64,000 nucleotides of DNA, taken from Nitrososphaerota archaeon (GTDB lineage Archaea; Thermoproteota; Nitrososphaeria_A; Caldarchaeales; Calditenuaceae). This document shows, one piece after another, positions 19,369 through 28,908 of the stretch. The position numbers and the translations under genes were made by a program. The notes under the pieces were generated by a model, which saw only the letters and a program-made list of their open reading frames with translations, was not told where the DNA came from and did no database searches. How positions within the stretch are numbered: position 1 is the first letter of the stretch; the number at the start of each line of letters is the position of its first letter. Location of the stretch: positions 1-64,000 of the forward strand of contig JAWBQR010000006.1 in the NCBI GenBank assembly GCA_038845265.1, in the 5' to 3' direction.

Positions 19369-20003
19369 CGAACTGCCTCACCCCATCGCTCCATAAAGAC
19401 TACCTCGCTGAGTGGCTTCCTCCTCATCGGCCTAATTCCTCCTTGGCCCCCGACCTCGATCAAGGCCTGAGGCTCAACATCCCTCGGAATCCCAAGCACC
19501 CTTCTTACACTTTCAGGAGCAAATAAGGGCCCACATCTCCAGCAAGCTCCATAACCAAGAGCGTGTAGCGCCAGCAATAGGTTTTGACAAGCCGCAGCCA
19601 CTGACTGCACAGCCATAATGTATTCGCATTTCATTCTCCTTTCATCTCGATATTTATCCATCTCGCTCATCGAGAGGCAAACTACTATTACTGCTGATGC
19701 CCTAAGTGTCCTCGATATTGATTCTCTTATAATCACGTCTGCCTTTCGCTCTTCTAGCCCATCGGACAGGAGATCTCTCTTCCATTCTTCAGCCATTGCC
19801 TCTAGGAGCTTTAAGACTGTCTCCTTATTTCTAATCAATATAAATCTCCAAGGCTGGGCGTTATGAGCATTTGGCGCTGAGACAGCCGCCTCCAAGGCAG
19901 TCAACAAGTCGTTGATATCTGCGTCTTTGGGCTCAAGGAGCTTTGAACTCCTCCTCGACTTTATGAAATCTATATACTGTAACGTGCCTGCCCTATTCTC
20001 CAT
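19365..20003 (-). CDS. Nitroreductase-family protein (FbiB C-terminal/FbiE-like candidate)
   Basis: IKSRRS, APNAHNAQPWRF, SVAAACQNLLLALHALGYGACW, RKPLSEVV. Stop codon overlaps the cofD start. Confidence 0.85.
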   Translation of the reverse strand: MENRAGTLQYIDFIKSRRSSKLLEPKDADINDLLTALEAAVSAPNAHNAQPWRFILIRNKETVLKLLEAMAEEWKRDLLSDGLEERKADVIIRESISRTLRASAVIVVCLSMSEMDKYRDERRMKCEYIMAVQSVAAACQNLLLALHALGYGACWRCGPLFAPESVRRVLGIPRDVEPQALIEVGGQGGIRPMRRKPLSEVVFMERWGEAVR

Positions 20004-20076
20004 AAATACATAGCTACGAGTCTAGCATTATAACTTAAAATTGTGAAGTCCGCCCGAGTAAATGTAGAGAACTGGT

Positions 20077-20250
20077 ATGGCCGAGAAAAAAGGGTTATGG
20101 AGACTATACAGAGTAGAGGGTGATAAAGTTATTAGGTCCGTGAATTTCTGCCCGGTCTGCGGGGCAGGCTACATAATGGCAGAGCATGTCGACAGATATA
20201 CCTGCGGTAGATGCGGATATACAAGCTTCAAGAAGCAGCCCTCAAAATAG
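20077..20250 (+). CDS. rps27ae: 30S ribosomal protein S27ae (not in ORF track)
   Basis: Manual translation: MAEKKGLWRLYRVEGDKVIRSVNFCPVCGAGYIMAEHVDRYTCGRCGYTSFKKQPSK*. Confidence 0.93.
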   Translation: MAEKKGLWRLYRVEGDKVIRSVNFCPVCGAGYIMAEHVDRYTCGRCGYTSFKKQPSK

Positions 20251-20737
20251 AGAGTGCATTTTGCTTGGCCCTCTCATCAACGTCTACGACCACTACGCCA
20301 ACGCCTGGCTGCCCATAGAGCACGACGCTTCCAATCGGCGCTTCAATAATCGCGACCAATGCAAGTAGGTCTTCTTCGCCCCTCACCCTCACGACTACGG
20401 GTCTAGGCATCAGCATTGCTTTACTGACCGTCGAGTAGGCATCCTCACTAATCGTTCCAGGCTCATTTATACAACTCAGCTCCGTGGCTCCAGGAATGTT
20501 GAATGGCTTTACCCACCTCCGCTCAATTCTATCATCAACGATATAGACATCGACCCTAACCCCGAGGCTTGCAAGCTCACTAGATACTCTGTCACCAACA
20601 GCGATTATCTTTCCCGAGATATTCTCCAACTCTTTGGCGAGTATCTTTGATGTCTCGCTTGGCTTGCCTGGAATCAGTCTTCCAAGCGGCTTCCTGACCC
20701 TCTCCTTTAGCTCTTCGCTAAATACAGCTTTTCTCAT
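20228..20737 (-). CDS. GTP-dependent dephospho-CoA kinase (DUF359)
   Basis: RKPLGRL, IAVGDRV, NEPGTI, GEEDLLAL, LYGQPGVG. Sits in its usual position after spt4. Confidence 0.9.
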   Translation of the reverse strand: MRKAVFSEELKERVRKPLGRLIPGKPSETSKILAKELENISGKIIAVGDRVSSELASLGVRVDVYIVDDRIERRWVKPFNIPGATELSCINEPGTISEDAYSTVSKAMLMPRPVVVRVRGEEDLLALVAIIEAPIGSVVLYGQPGVGVVVVDVDERAKQNALSILRAAS

Positions 20738-20922
20738 TCTATCTTCAACGCGTATCTGCCAGGCTTCGTTATTCCAAGAAGCTTTGCTACTTCTGAGTCA
20801 TCCGGCCTAATGACCACTATTATCCCTGAGAATTGGGTCGTAAGATTTGTTGACCCACAATTGTCACACTTGTTTCCAGCGACTATTCTTCTGCATTCCT
20901 TACAGGCTTTCTCCCTCGGCAA
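20734..20922 (-). CDS. spt4: Transcription elongation factor Spt4 (RpoE'')
   Basis: ACKEC...CDNCGS Zn ribbon, SEVAKLLGITKPGRYALK. Confidence 0.95.
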   Translation of the reverse strand: MPREKACKECRRIVAGNKCDNCGSTNLTTQFSGIIVVIRPDDSEVAKLLGITKPGRYALKIE

Positions 20923-20933
20923 GTCTGATACAC

Positions 20934-21494
20934 CTATGAATGCATTGATTTTTCTGGAGGTCTAGGAGAGATCTGTTGTTGAATCCACTCTAATTTTCCA
21001 AGGTACGGCTGCCGAGTGGTCAATCCGACTTTACCGCCACTAATTGATACTGCCACTACTCTGGCCCTAACCTTATCATTCACAGACAGTTTCCAGCCAG
21101 TCTTACTCCCTATAAGTTCTGAGTGCTTCTTATCGAATGATAGGAAGTCATCCAGTATCTGGGAGACGTGTAGAAGGGCATCAAGCGGCCCCACCCTAAC
21201 AAATACGCCAAACTCAGTTATCTCGACGACTTCTCCCTCAACGACTTCCTGCAATAATGGTAAATATGTGAGGAGTTTGCACCTTGCTCGATGATAAATT
21301 GATGGGTCCCTGGGTATAAGCACGCCTACCTCTTCTACTTCAACATCTATCACCGCTATGACGTATCCTAACTCTTCATCCAGTATTCCCTCATATATTG
21401 AAGAGAGTTTCCTAAATGCCAGCTCAGTGAGGGGCTCCTCAAATTCTTTTGGTTCTACGCCGACTATTTCCTCCACCTCAAATATGAAAAACAT
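20934..21494 (-). CDS. rpoE: RNA polymerase subunit E' (Rpo7)
   Basis: LQEVVEGEV.EITEFGVFVRVGPLDALLHVSQI S1 domain, VGLTTRQPYLGKLEWI. Confidence 0.96.
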   Translation of the reverse strand: MFFIFEVEEIVGVEPKEFEEPLTELAFRKLSSIYEGILDEELGYVIAVIDVEVEEVGVLIPRDPSIYHRARCKLLTYLPLLQEVVEGEVVEITEFGVFVRVGPLDALLHVSQILDDFLSFDKKHSELIGSKTGWKLSVNDKVRARVVAVSISGGKVGLTTRQPYLGKLEWIQQQISPRPPEKSMHS

Positions 21495-21618
21495 TCCTTA
21501 AACACTAGGTAGAAGCATAACTCTACGAGGTAATAAACATGTAATCACGCTACATCAATGCAATTACCATAGGTTAAGAATAATAACTACTTCTTCAATC
21601 AGGACAATAGCGTGGTTC

Positions 21619-22353
21619 ATGAAGAAATTACTAATCGAGGTCAAGGATCTATGGAAGGCATATAATGGCAAATCGGCAGTCTCTGGACTAAGCCTAAACG
21701 TCTCAGCAGGAGAGATTCATGGACTCATCGGATTAAACGGAGCAGGAAAGACAACAACGATAAAATGCATCGTCGGTCTTCTAAGGGCGGACTCTGGAGA
21801 GATTAGGGTCGCTGGAAGAGATGTATATATCGATGCTTCATATAAGTCCATTATTGGATACCTGCCGGAGAACCCGTCTCTCCCGGAGTATCTAACCCTG
21901 AGGGAGTTTCTAATCTTCGTCGCAAGAATAAAGGGTCTCAGCGGATCTAGGGCCGACTCTGAAGTATGGAATAAGCTTGCGCTCTTCGAGCTAGAGGAAA
22001 TCTCTGACCAACTGATATATGAGTTGTCAAGAGGTATGAAGCAGAGACTAGCAATCGCTGCAGCAATAATAAATGACCCAGATATCCTGATTCTTGACGA
22101 GCCCTTCTCTGGGCTCGACCCAGAGGCACAGAGAGTAACGAAACGAGTGATGAGGGAGACCGCTAATAAGGGTGGCGCCGTCCTCATCAGTACACATATT
22201 CTTGATGCAGCGGAAAGGTTCTGCAACAGGGCAACAATAGTCCATAAGGGCAGAACGCTAATAGAGGGAGCTATAGATGAGCTGAAGAGCCAGGTCGGCC
22301 TCGGCCCGAATGCCTCGCTGGAGGAAGCCTTCATCAAAATAATCAGCAGCTGA
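21619..22353 (+). CDS. ABC exporter ATP-binding subunit (CcmA/ABC-2 type)
   Basis: GLNGAGKTT, LSRGMKQRL, LILDEPFSGLDP, STH switch, SLEEAF C-terminus. Confidence 0.92.
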   Translation: MKKLLIEVKDLWKAYNGKSAVSGLSLNVSAGEIHGLIGLNGAGKTTTIKCIVGLLRADSGEIRVAGRDVYIDASYKSIIGYLPENPSLPEYLTLREFLIFVARIKGLSGSRADSEVWNKLALFELEEISDQLIYELSRGMKQRLAIAAAIINDPDILILDEPFSGLDPEAQRVTKRVMRETANKGGAVLISTHILDAAERFCNRATIVHKGRTLIEGAIDELKSQVGLGPNASLEEAFIKIISS

Positions 22354-23897
22354 TGATTATGGTCCTCCTAACTCTCTTGAAGACAAAGTTTGTCCAGTAC
22401 TTGGGACAGATGCGCCGTTCAAAACTCAGCATGATCTCACTTGTGATGATATATATCGCGTGGATGGGCATCATATCCTTCTCTGCATTTTTCCTAAGAA
22501 TAAGCGGCAGTATACTGAATATCTCGCTCGATGAATATGTGGCGAGCCTGATTATTCTCACGGTATCGGTTATATTGGCAATCGGTGCGTTTTTGGGATC
22601 GAAGGGTGGAATAACTGCGCTTAGCTACGAGCTAGACTACGTCCTCACGTCCAATATTAGTCCAGCAATATTTCTTCTGACTGATCTGGTCTTTCAGATA
22701 GTCTTACTCAACATATTTATCATCCCCTCCTCGTTGTTAATAGTCATAATCGTTAGTTATCACGCGGAGCCGGTCAATCTGTTATCGCTACTTGCATTGT
22801 ATGAGGCTGCGATCATTATGTCTTCTATGACTGCTCATATTCTTGGAATTTCTAGGCACTGGCTAGGAGAGAAGCGGGCAAAGGTAATTAGTTGGGCCAT
22901 TGCGTTATTGATGGTCTTACCAATATTGCTGCGGATCTTGAGAGTGCCGGATTTGTGGCTCAAAGATTTTCATCCCTCATACGTATTAGGATTAGTTATG
23001 AGAAGTAGCAGTAATCCTCAAATGATCACTCTTCTCCTCCTATACATTTCTTTTCTGGTCGCGATTTATCTGAGAGGAATGAATACAAACTTCTATGCTT
23101 CAGTCACACCAGTTTTATTATCAGCTTTAATGGAGCCTCCAAAGCGTCTACCAAGGTACTTGAGGCTGCCGCTGCTGAGTAATGAACTATTAAACCTCAA
23201 GCCAAGCGATAGTCCTTCATTAATGATGTTTAAACTGCATTTAACTAGGATTGTTAGGGATGGAAGCCTGTGGACAGCCCTTCTCATATTTGTGGTATTC
23301 ACTTTGGCAAATCTGGCCTTGCCGCGGTTGTTGAGAATCGAGAGTTTTCCAGAAGTCGCGCAGCTCACGTTGATAGCCCTCTACACTCCCCTTTTCCCCT
23401 CGCTCCTATCCATTAATTGGTGCATATCTGAGCGTCAAAACCTCTGGATAGTCGACACAGTTCTTAAGGGTAGAAGAAATTATCTATCCGGGCTCTTCTA
23501 TGCGTACTTCATGGTTACTCTCCTCTTCTCCTCATGTCTCTATGGATTAATAGCAATTGGTGCAAGGGAGCTACCCTTCATAGAAATCGACATAACACTA
23601 CTATTAGCTATGTCAATATTCAGCGTCTTGTTCTCGATTTTTACTTCCTTTAAGCTTAGAAGAATCCCCACACCATTCTCTATTAGCTCTTTTCTTTATG
23701 TCTTTATACCGATGCTTGGCTCCCTGATGCTCTCGCTTCCAATTCTAATGGTGAGGCTCTTCGAGCCCTTGGCAAGTGACCCAACTCTACAGTTAATGGC
23801 CATCCTCTCTATATTCATAGCCGTTGTATCGGTAGTTTTCTATAAAGTCCTGATGGACAGTCTATCAAGCGATATTTACGAGAAGACGGGCAGATAG
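22353..23897 (+). CDS. Putative ABC exporter permease (about 12 TM)
   Basis: Highly hydrophobic 514 aa in two halves. Translationally coupled to the ABC ATPase (TGATG overlap). Confidence 0.72.
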   Translation: MIMVLLTLLKTKFVQYLGQMRRSKLSMISLVMIYIAWMGIISFSAFFLRISGSILNISLDEYVASLIILTVSVILAIGAFLGSKGGITALSYELDYVLTSNISPAIFLLTDLVFQIVLLNIFIIPSSLLIVIIVSYHAEPVNLLSLLALYEAAIIMSSMTAHILGISRHWLGEKRAKVISWAIALLMVLPILLRILRVPDLWLKDFHPSYVLGLVMRSSSNPQMITLLLLYISFLVAIYLRGMNTNFYASVTPVLLSALMEPPKRLPRYLRLPLLSNELLNLKPSDSPSLMMFKLHLTRIVRDGSLWTALLIFVVFTLANLALPRLLRIESFPEVAQLTLIALYTPLFPSLLSINWCISERQNLWIVDTVLKGRRNYLSGLFYAYFMVTLLFSSCLYGLIAIGARELPFIEIDITLLLAMSIFSVLFSIFTSFKLRRIPTPFSISSFLYVFIPMLGSLMLSLPILMVRLFEPLASDPTLQLMAILSIFIAVVSVVFYKVLMDSLSSDIYEKTGR

Positions 23898-23988
23898 GAA
23901 GGCACCTTTACTATTTTATCTACCTTCCGGGAGTTATGGAAACGGATTTATGTTACTTACTAGTTATAAAACATAGTGAATTATACCA

Positions 23989-25806
23989 ATGTTCAAGCAG
24001 AAAGCTAAGACGGAAGAAATTAGGAGACAGTGGCAGGGAATAGAGGTATTTCCAGTCAAGCCTGACTTCGAGATTCTTGACCGATACGTGATAAGAGAAA
24101 AATTCGCGGAGGTCATAGTGGCTTCTCCTCCGAGTAGAGTTGTTGAGCCGATTTATTACTGCGTCGAGGCCCCCCTTACTCCTCAGGAGGTGAATGCATT
24201 AGAAAAAGTAAAGGACATTTTGACGAAGGAGTTAGACTTCCCAAAGATTGGCGAGGAGGAAGAAGTAAAGAAAGTTGTAATCGATACGACGAAGAGGATT
24301 CTTAACAAATATAGAAGGGCACTAGGTCTAGGGACGCTCACGGATGAATTGTATGAGAAGTTTATTTACTATATTGAGAGGGACATGATGGGCTTCGGCC
24401 CGCTGAATATCATAATGGAGGACTATAGGGTAGAGGACGTGTCTTGTGATGGTCTCGGGATACCGATATATGTCTGGCATAGAGACTACGAGTCCATGCC
24501 TACGAATGTTATCTTCACGGACAGGGAGGCCCTTGACGACTTCATTATCCACCTAGCACATAAGGCTGGCAAGCACATCTCATCTGCTTTTCCAATTGTT
24601 GACGCGATGATATATGGCAAGCATAGGCTAGCAGCGACATTCAGGGAGGAGATATCGCCTAGAGGTAGTACATTCACGATCAGGAAGTTCAGGGAGAGGC
24701 CCTTCAGTGTTACTGAGCTATTGATGGCGAATGTTCTTAACAGCGAGATGGCGGCATACTTCTGGCTATTATTGGAGCATAAGGCAAGCATTATGATTCT
24801 TGGTGCTACTGGTAGCGGCAAGACGACTCTACTAAACGCGTTGACGACCTTCATCAGGCCGAGAATGAAGATCGTGACGTGTGAAGAGACGGCTGAGATA
24901 AACATTCCAAGGGAGAACTGGGTTAGATTCGTCACAAGGGAGAGCTATGGATTGGGCGCCACGGAGAGGGGACAAGTCACCCTATTCGACCTCGTCAGAA
25001 CTAGTCTCAGATATAGGCCTGACTACTTGATCGTCGGTGAGGTTAGAGGTGAGGAGACGTTTGTGCTCTTCCAAGCAATCGCGACTGGTCACGGAGGCAT
25101 CTCGACTGTTCACGCTGAGAGTATCGACTCAGCAGTAAAGAGATTCATGAGTCCTCCGATGAATATTCCTGAGACGCATATCTCGCTCTTGGACGCCATG
25201 GCCATGATTGAGAGGGTTCAGCTTAGGGGTAAGCCTCAGACATTTGGTAGAAGAGTTAGATACATCTGGGAGATAGAGGATGCTCATCACTACAGAACAA
25301 TTGCTGAGTGGGATCCGGTTACTGATTCCTTTAGAGTAAACTTTACTAATAGTCTTCAGCTCGAGAATATCTCGCTCCAGACAGGTCTATCTAGGGAGGA
25401 ATTGATACTTGAGCTTTGGAGAAGAAAGGAGATACTCGAGTGGATGAAGCAGAACAAGATCACTGACAACGCTGAGGTTGCCAGAATAATCCTGTCTTAC
25501 TATGCTGATCCAGAGAAATTCTTAAAGGAGGCAGGAATAATCATTAGGAAGCCAGCCATAATACAAGTAATAAGAACAGACACCTCCGTCGTTGAGGCTT
25601 CGAATAAAGAGGCTGCTCAGCAGGACGTGAAGCCGATCGAGGACTTCATCGTCAACTCCATTCTTAAGCGGACTGGCCCAATTCCTTACTGGCAGATCTT
25701 TGTGAAGGCTCCATTCTCCAGAGACCTAATTATAAGGGCGATGAGGCGGCTCAAAGACCAGAAAAAGATCGATATTGTGGGTGGAATAGTAGAGCTAACC
25801 GAATAA
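23989..25806 (+). CDS. Type IV pilus/archaellum-family assembly ATPase (VirB11/ArlI/TadA-like) with C-terminal extension
   Basis: IEDVSCDG-like (VEDVSCDG), GSTFTIRKF, GATGSGKTT, TCEETAE, RYRPDYLIVGEVRGEE, TGHGGISTVHA. Confidence 0.94.
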   Translation: MFKQKAKTEEIRRQWQGIEVFPVKPDFEILDRYVIREKFAEVIVASPPSRVVEPIYYCVEAPLTPQEVNALEKVKDILTKELDFPKIGEEEEVKKVVIDTTKRILNKYRRALGLGTLTDELYEKFIYYIERDMMGFGPLNIIMEDYRVEDVSCDGLGIPIYVWHRDYESMPTNVIFTDREALDDFIIHLAHKAGKHISSAFPIVDAMIYGKHRLAATFREEISPRGSTFTIRKFRERPFSVTELLMANVLNSEMAAYFWLLLEHKASIMILGATGSGKTTLLNALTTFIRPRMKIVTCEETAEINIPRENWVRFVTRESYGLGATERGQVTLFDLVRTSLRYRPDYLIVGEVRGEETFVLFQAIATGHGGISTVHAESIDSAVKRFMSPPMNIPETHISLLDAMAMIERVQLRGKPQTFGRRVRYIWEIEDAHHYRTIAEWDPVTDSFRVNFTNSLQLENISLQTGLSREELILELWRRKEILEWMKQNKITDNAEVARIILSYYADPEKFLKEAGIIIRKPAIIQVIRTDTSVVEASNKEAAQQDVKPIEDFIVNSILKRTGPIPYWQIFVKAPFSRDLIIRAMRRLKDQKKIDIVGGIVELTE

Positions 25807-25823
25807 ACAAATCAAATAATTTT

Positions 25824-27602
25824 TTATGTTGGCGTCGTGGGTAGTTGGAATGCTCCTACTGCGAAGGTTCCTGATAGCCATATCGCGATGAGGGAGATTA
25901 CTGCCATTATTACTGCGTGCTTGAAGCCTCCGGCTACTACGGCGCTTGAGACTTTTCCAGCAACTATGCCGCTTATTATTGCGATGATGATGACTGGTGG
26001 GAGGAAGAAGTGTATGAACTCTGCGGTCGATATGCTGAGTCTAGCAAGCTGGAGCAGGCCCTTCATGAATGATACAAGTATAACTACGACTACGATTAGC
26101 AGTATGGCTGTTAGATATGGTATAATCATTAGTGGCTTAAGAGTGGCCCTCTTCTCTCTCTCGATCTGTTCTAGGTCCTCTGAGAATGAGGCTAGTACCT
26201 CGAATGTCTCTGGCGCTCCTCCTCCAACATCTATCGCGTCGATGAGAATGAATATTCCCGCCTTCTCTAGCCATCCGTAGGTTCTTCTGGCGAAGTCTTC
26301 GTATATCTTTCTTAGGGGCATTCCCCAGCCTATCTGTCTCGCCATTACCTTCAAGTGCTTGCTGAAGGCTCCGTAGGGATTTCTTGAGAGGTCGATTATG
26401 CATCTCTCGGGGCTTAGTCCTGTCTTTCTTGCTTCTGTCAGGTCTCTGAGGAAGAGCGTCATTCCATGCATGACCGAGATATTTTCCGCACCGTAGAGTT
26501 GGTAGGCAACTGCGCCGGGGGTGAACATGATTATGAAGAATAATACGAGGGCGATGGATGACTCGTAGCCCATATCTAATCCAAGTAATTTTCGAAGAGA
26601 GACTATGAGTGATGAAGTGAAGTCTAATGGGCTCATGTATTGTAGCTCGGTGGCAAAGAATGGAAATACAAAGAAGAAGGCGAATACCATTGCTCCTGGA
26701 ATGGAGTAGTAGAATATGCGCATTGGTCTAGGGTCTGTTGAGGGGTATTTTGGCTGACTAATGTCTGCGAGATATATGAATAGTACGGACATCATTGGTA
26801 AGAAGAGATATGCGATCATTGCGAATTGCTCGGATGGCATGATGAGGAACTCTGAAGGAAGCGCCCTCGAGATGATGTAGATGGTGAAGATGACGAGTGA
26901 GAGCATCATCGTTATGGCTGCGTAGCCCTCCATCAGCATCCCCATCCTCTCGCCGACTATTCTCATCTTTCCCATCCTAGAGGTGAAGATCTGCTCAGTC
27001 TTCCTGATGAGGTAGTGGACCACGTCTCCGCCACTCCTCAGTGTCGAAGCGTATCCCATTAGTAGGTCCTTGTATTCTTTTGATGGCAGCCCCTTGGCCA
27101 TTTTCTCGATTGCTGAGACCGGGTCCATTCCTCCGACTCTTACGTTGAGCTCCGCGAGCTTAGCTGCTTTTGCAATGTTTGGCATGAGCTTGCTGTTGGC
27201 GAGTCTGGTCAGGCTCTTGTAAGGTGGTATGCCTCCTGTTGCCATGACTGCGAGGTAGCTTGCGGCGTATGGTACCTCGCTCTCGAAGAGGGAGGCCGCT
27301 GAGGAGGCTGAGAGATATGGCCAAGCGATTCCTATTAATAGGCATAGTCCAGGCATGGCGAGCAGTACTGCTGTGGCTATCCAGCTGCCGGTGAGGAAGT
27401 ATAGCGCTGCACCTGTTGGTATGCAGACTATGGCCGTGATTATTGTTATTGCCGCGACCATCGATGTGAATACTTCTGGATATATTCGTTTTCCGGCGCT
27501 TTCCAGTCTCATCGGGATTCCCGGCGCTATCTTTAGTAGGTATGCTCCAAGTGTCCTGAAGTTTGCGTATGAGAAGCTTGAGAAGGACTCCGCTATTCCC
27601 AT
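25824..27602 (-). CDS. Type IV pilus membrane platform protein (T2SSF/TadC/ArlJ-like, two repeats)
   Basis: EVPYAASYLAVMATGG, STLRSGGD, FLRDLTEARKTGLSPE, LIDAIDVGGG, AGGFKH; multiple TM helices. Confidence 0.92.
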   Translation of the reverse strand: MGIAESFSSFSYANFRTLGAYLLKIAPGIPMRLESAGKRIYPEVFTSMVAAITIITAIVCIPTGAALYFLTGSWIATAVLLAMPGLCLLIGIAWPYLSASSAASLFESEVPYAASYLAVMATGGIPPYKSLTRLANSKLMPNIAKAAKLAELNVRVGGMDPVSAIEKMAKGLPSKEYKDLLMGYASTLRSGGDVVHYLIRKTEQIFTSRMGKMRIVGERMGMLMEGYAAITMMLSLVIFTIYIISRALPSEFLIMPSEQFAMIAYLFLPMMSVLFIYLADISQPKYPSTDPRPMRIFYYSIPGAMVFAFFFVFPFFATELQYMSPLDFTSSLIVSLRKLLGLDMGYESSIALVLFFIIMFTPGAVAYQLYGAENISVMHGMTLFLRDLTEARKTGLSPERCIIDLSRNPYGAFSKHLKVMARQIGWGMPLRKIYEDFARRTYGWLEKAGIFILIDAIDVGGGAPETFEVLASFSEDLEQIEREKRATLKPLMIIPYLTAILLIVVVVILVSFMKGLLQLARLSISTAEFIHFFLPPVIIIAIISGIVAGKVSSAVVAGGFKHAVIMAVISLIAIWLSGTFAVGAFQLPTTPT

Positions 27603-27743
27603 TCTTGCTTTATCATTGTATCGGTGGGTATTTAAGCATACCTAAAATAAACGCTTGGCCAGCATTTTCTAAACATTTCTAGAATCTGCATCTTTTCCTC
27701 GACCAAATAACTTATATTAATGGGTAAGTAATTATTCAATGAC

Positions 27744-28157
27744 ATGCGGATGGACCGTAGGAAATCAGGAATAAGCCCTGTCGTCGCGACAGTAATTCTA
27801 GTAGCGGTCGCAATCGTCATCGCGATAGCCGTAGCCTTCTGGGCATCGGGACTAGTCGGAGTATTCACAAGATTCGAAAAAATAGAAATACAATCAGCAT
27901 ACTACGACGGTAGCAGTATTGTCATAATAGCAAAGAATACTGGCTCAAGCAATGCAGTAATAGACATGATAATGGCAAACGGAGCACCATGCATAGTGAC
28001 GTCCTCACCCATTAACATAGGAAGTACATTCAGCATTGCTATCACTGCTTGTGATTCTGACGCTGGCGGAACGATCTATACAGGTGGCGTGACAAACGAG
28101 ATTGCTCTGCACACGACAAGCGGCAAAACCTACCCAGTGGCTGTGCTGGTTCCGTAA
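27744..28157 (+). CDS. Archaeal type IV pilin (probable major pilin)
   Basis: Class III signal peptide RRKSG|ISPVVATVILVAVAIVIA, then KNTGS motif and a Cys pair; 137 aa. Confidence 0.92.
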   Translation: MRMDRRKSGISPVVATVILVAVAIVIAIAVAFWASGLVGVFTRFEKIEIQSAYYDGSSIVIIAKNTGSSNAVIDMIMANGAPCIVTSSPINIGSTFSIAITACDSDAGGTIYTGGVTNEIALHTTSGKTYPVAVLVP

Positions 28158-28162
28158 ACTCT

Positions 28163-28908
28163 CTACTTACATAATTTTTTTAATACTACATGATGAACTA
28201 ATCGGCTTTCTGAAACCGTAGTTATGTCTAGTCCAAGCCCAGAAGCTTTTCTGCAAAAGCTGCATCCGCAAGTCCTCCCAACAGCTTTTGCATGCACTTC
28301 CACAACCACCATCTTCCAAAACTCTCTAAACTCTGATAGATCATCTAACAAAAACGGTTCAGCACCCTCAATATCTATCTTAACTAAATCGAAAACAACT
28401 CCCAGCCTCCTGAACAGAGCACCTAACGTAGTAGCTTCTATACGGATTCTCTTACTCCAAGCACCACGGCTATACAAACCCGAAATGTCCCCCTTAGGTT
28501 CAACGGAAAAAAATCGACAAACCCAGGCTCTTTGTCAACTACAGCATTGATAAGTAGGGCGTTTTTAAACCCGTTACGCCTTATTGAGGCCAGTAAGCAG
28601 CGATAGTTCAGCGGATCGGGCTCAACCCCGACAACCATCCCATCACTTCCAACCTTAGACGCGGCCCTCAGCATATAACCTCCCAAATGCGCTCCGATAT
28701 CGAGAAACCTAGAGCCTGAACCTAATTTATTCAAAATAAACGACATCAAGGTTTTTTCATACACGCCCAATGGAATCAAGATATCATGAGGCCGCTTCAG
28801 ACTGCATGCAAACCATACACCATCCGCATGAACCCAGAAAGGGATTGATGGAAAAAGCTTGAAGGGAATTGTCCAAAAGGCCTTTTCAAAACGTCTTAAA
28901 AGCTTCAT
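28163..28908 (-). pseudogene. FkbM-family SAM methyltransferase, split at T7 run (28507-28513); needs -1 shift
   Basis: FLDIGAHLGGY and VEPDPLN are in ORF 28438-28908. KIDIEGAE and VVEVH are in the -1 frame (ORF 28163-28477), which is open back to the T-run (FSVEPKGDISGLYS). Confidence 0.82.

Noticed and set aside
23989-28157. Archaellum operon
   Set aside because: No arlH, arlF/G or archaellin-like (GIGTLIVFIAMVLVAAV-type) genes; the pilin is of the ISPVVAT type.
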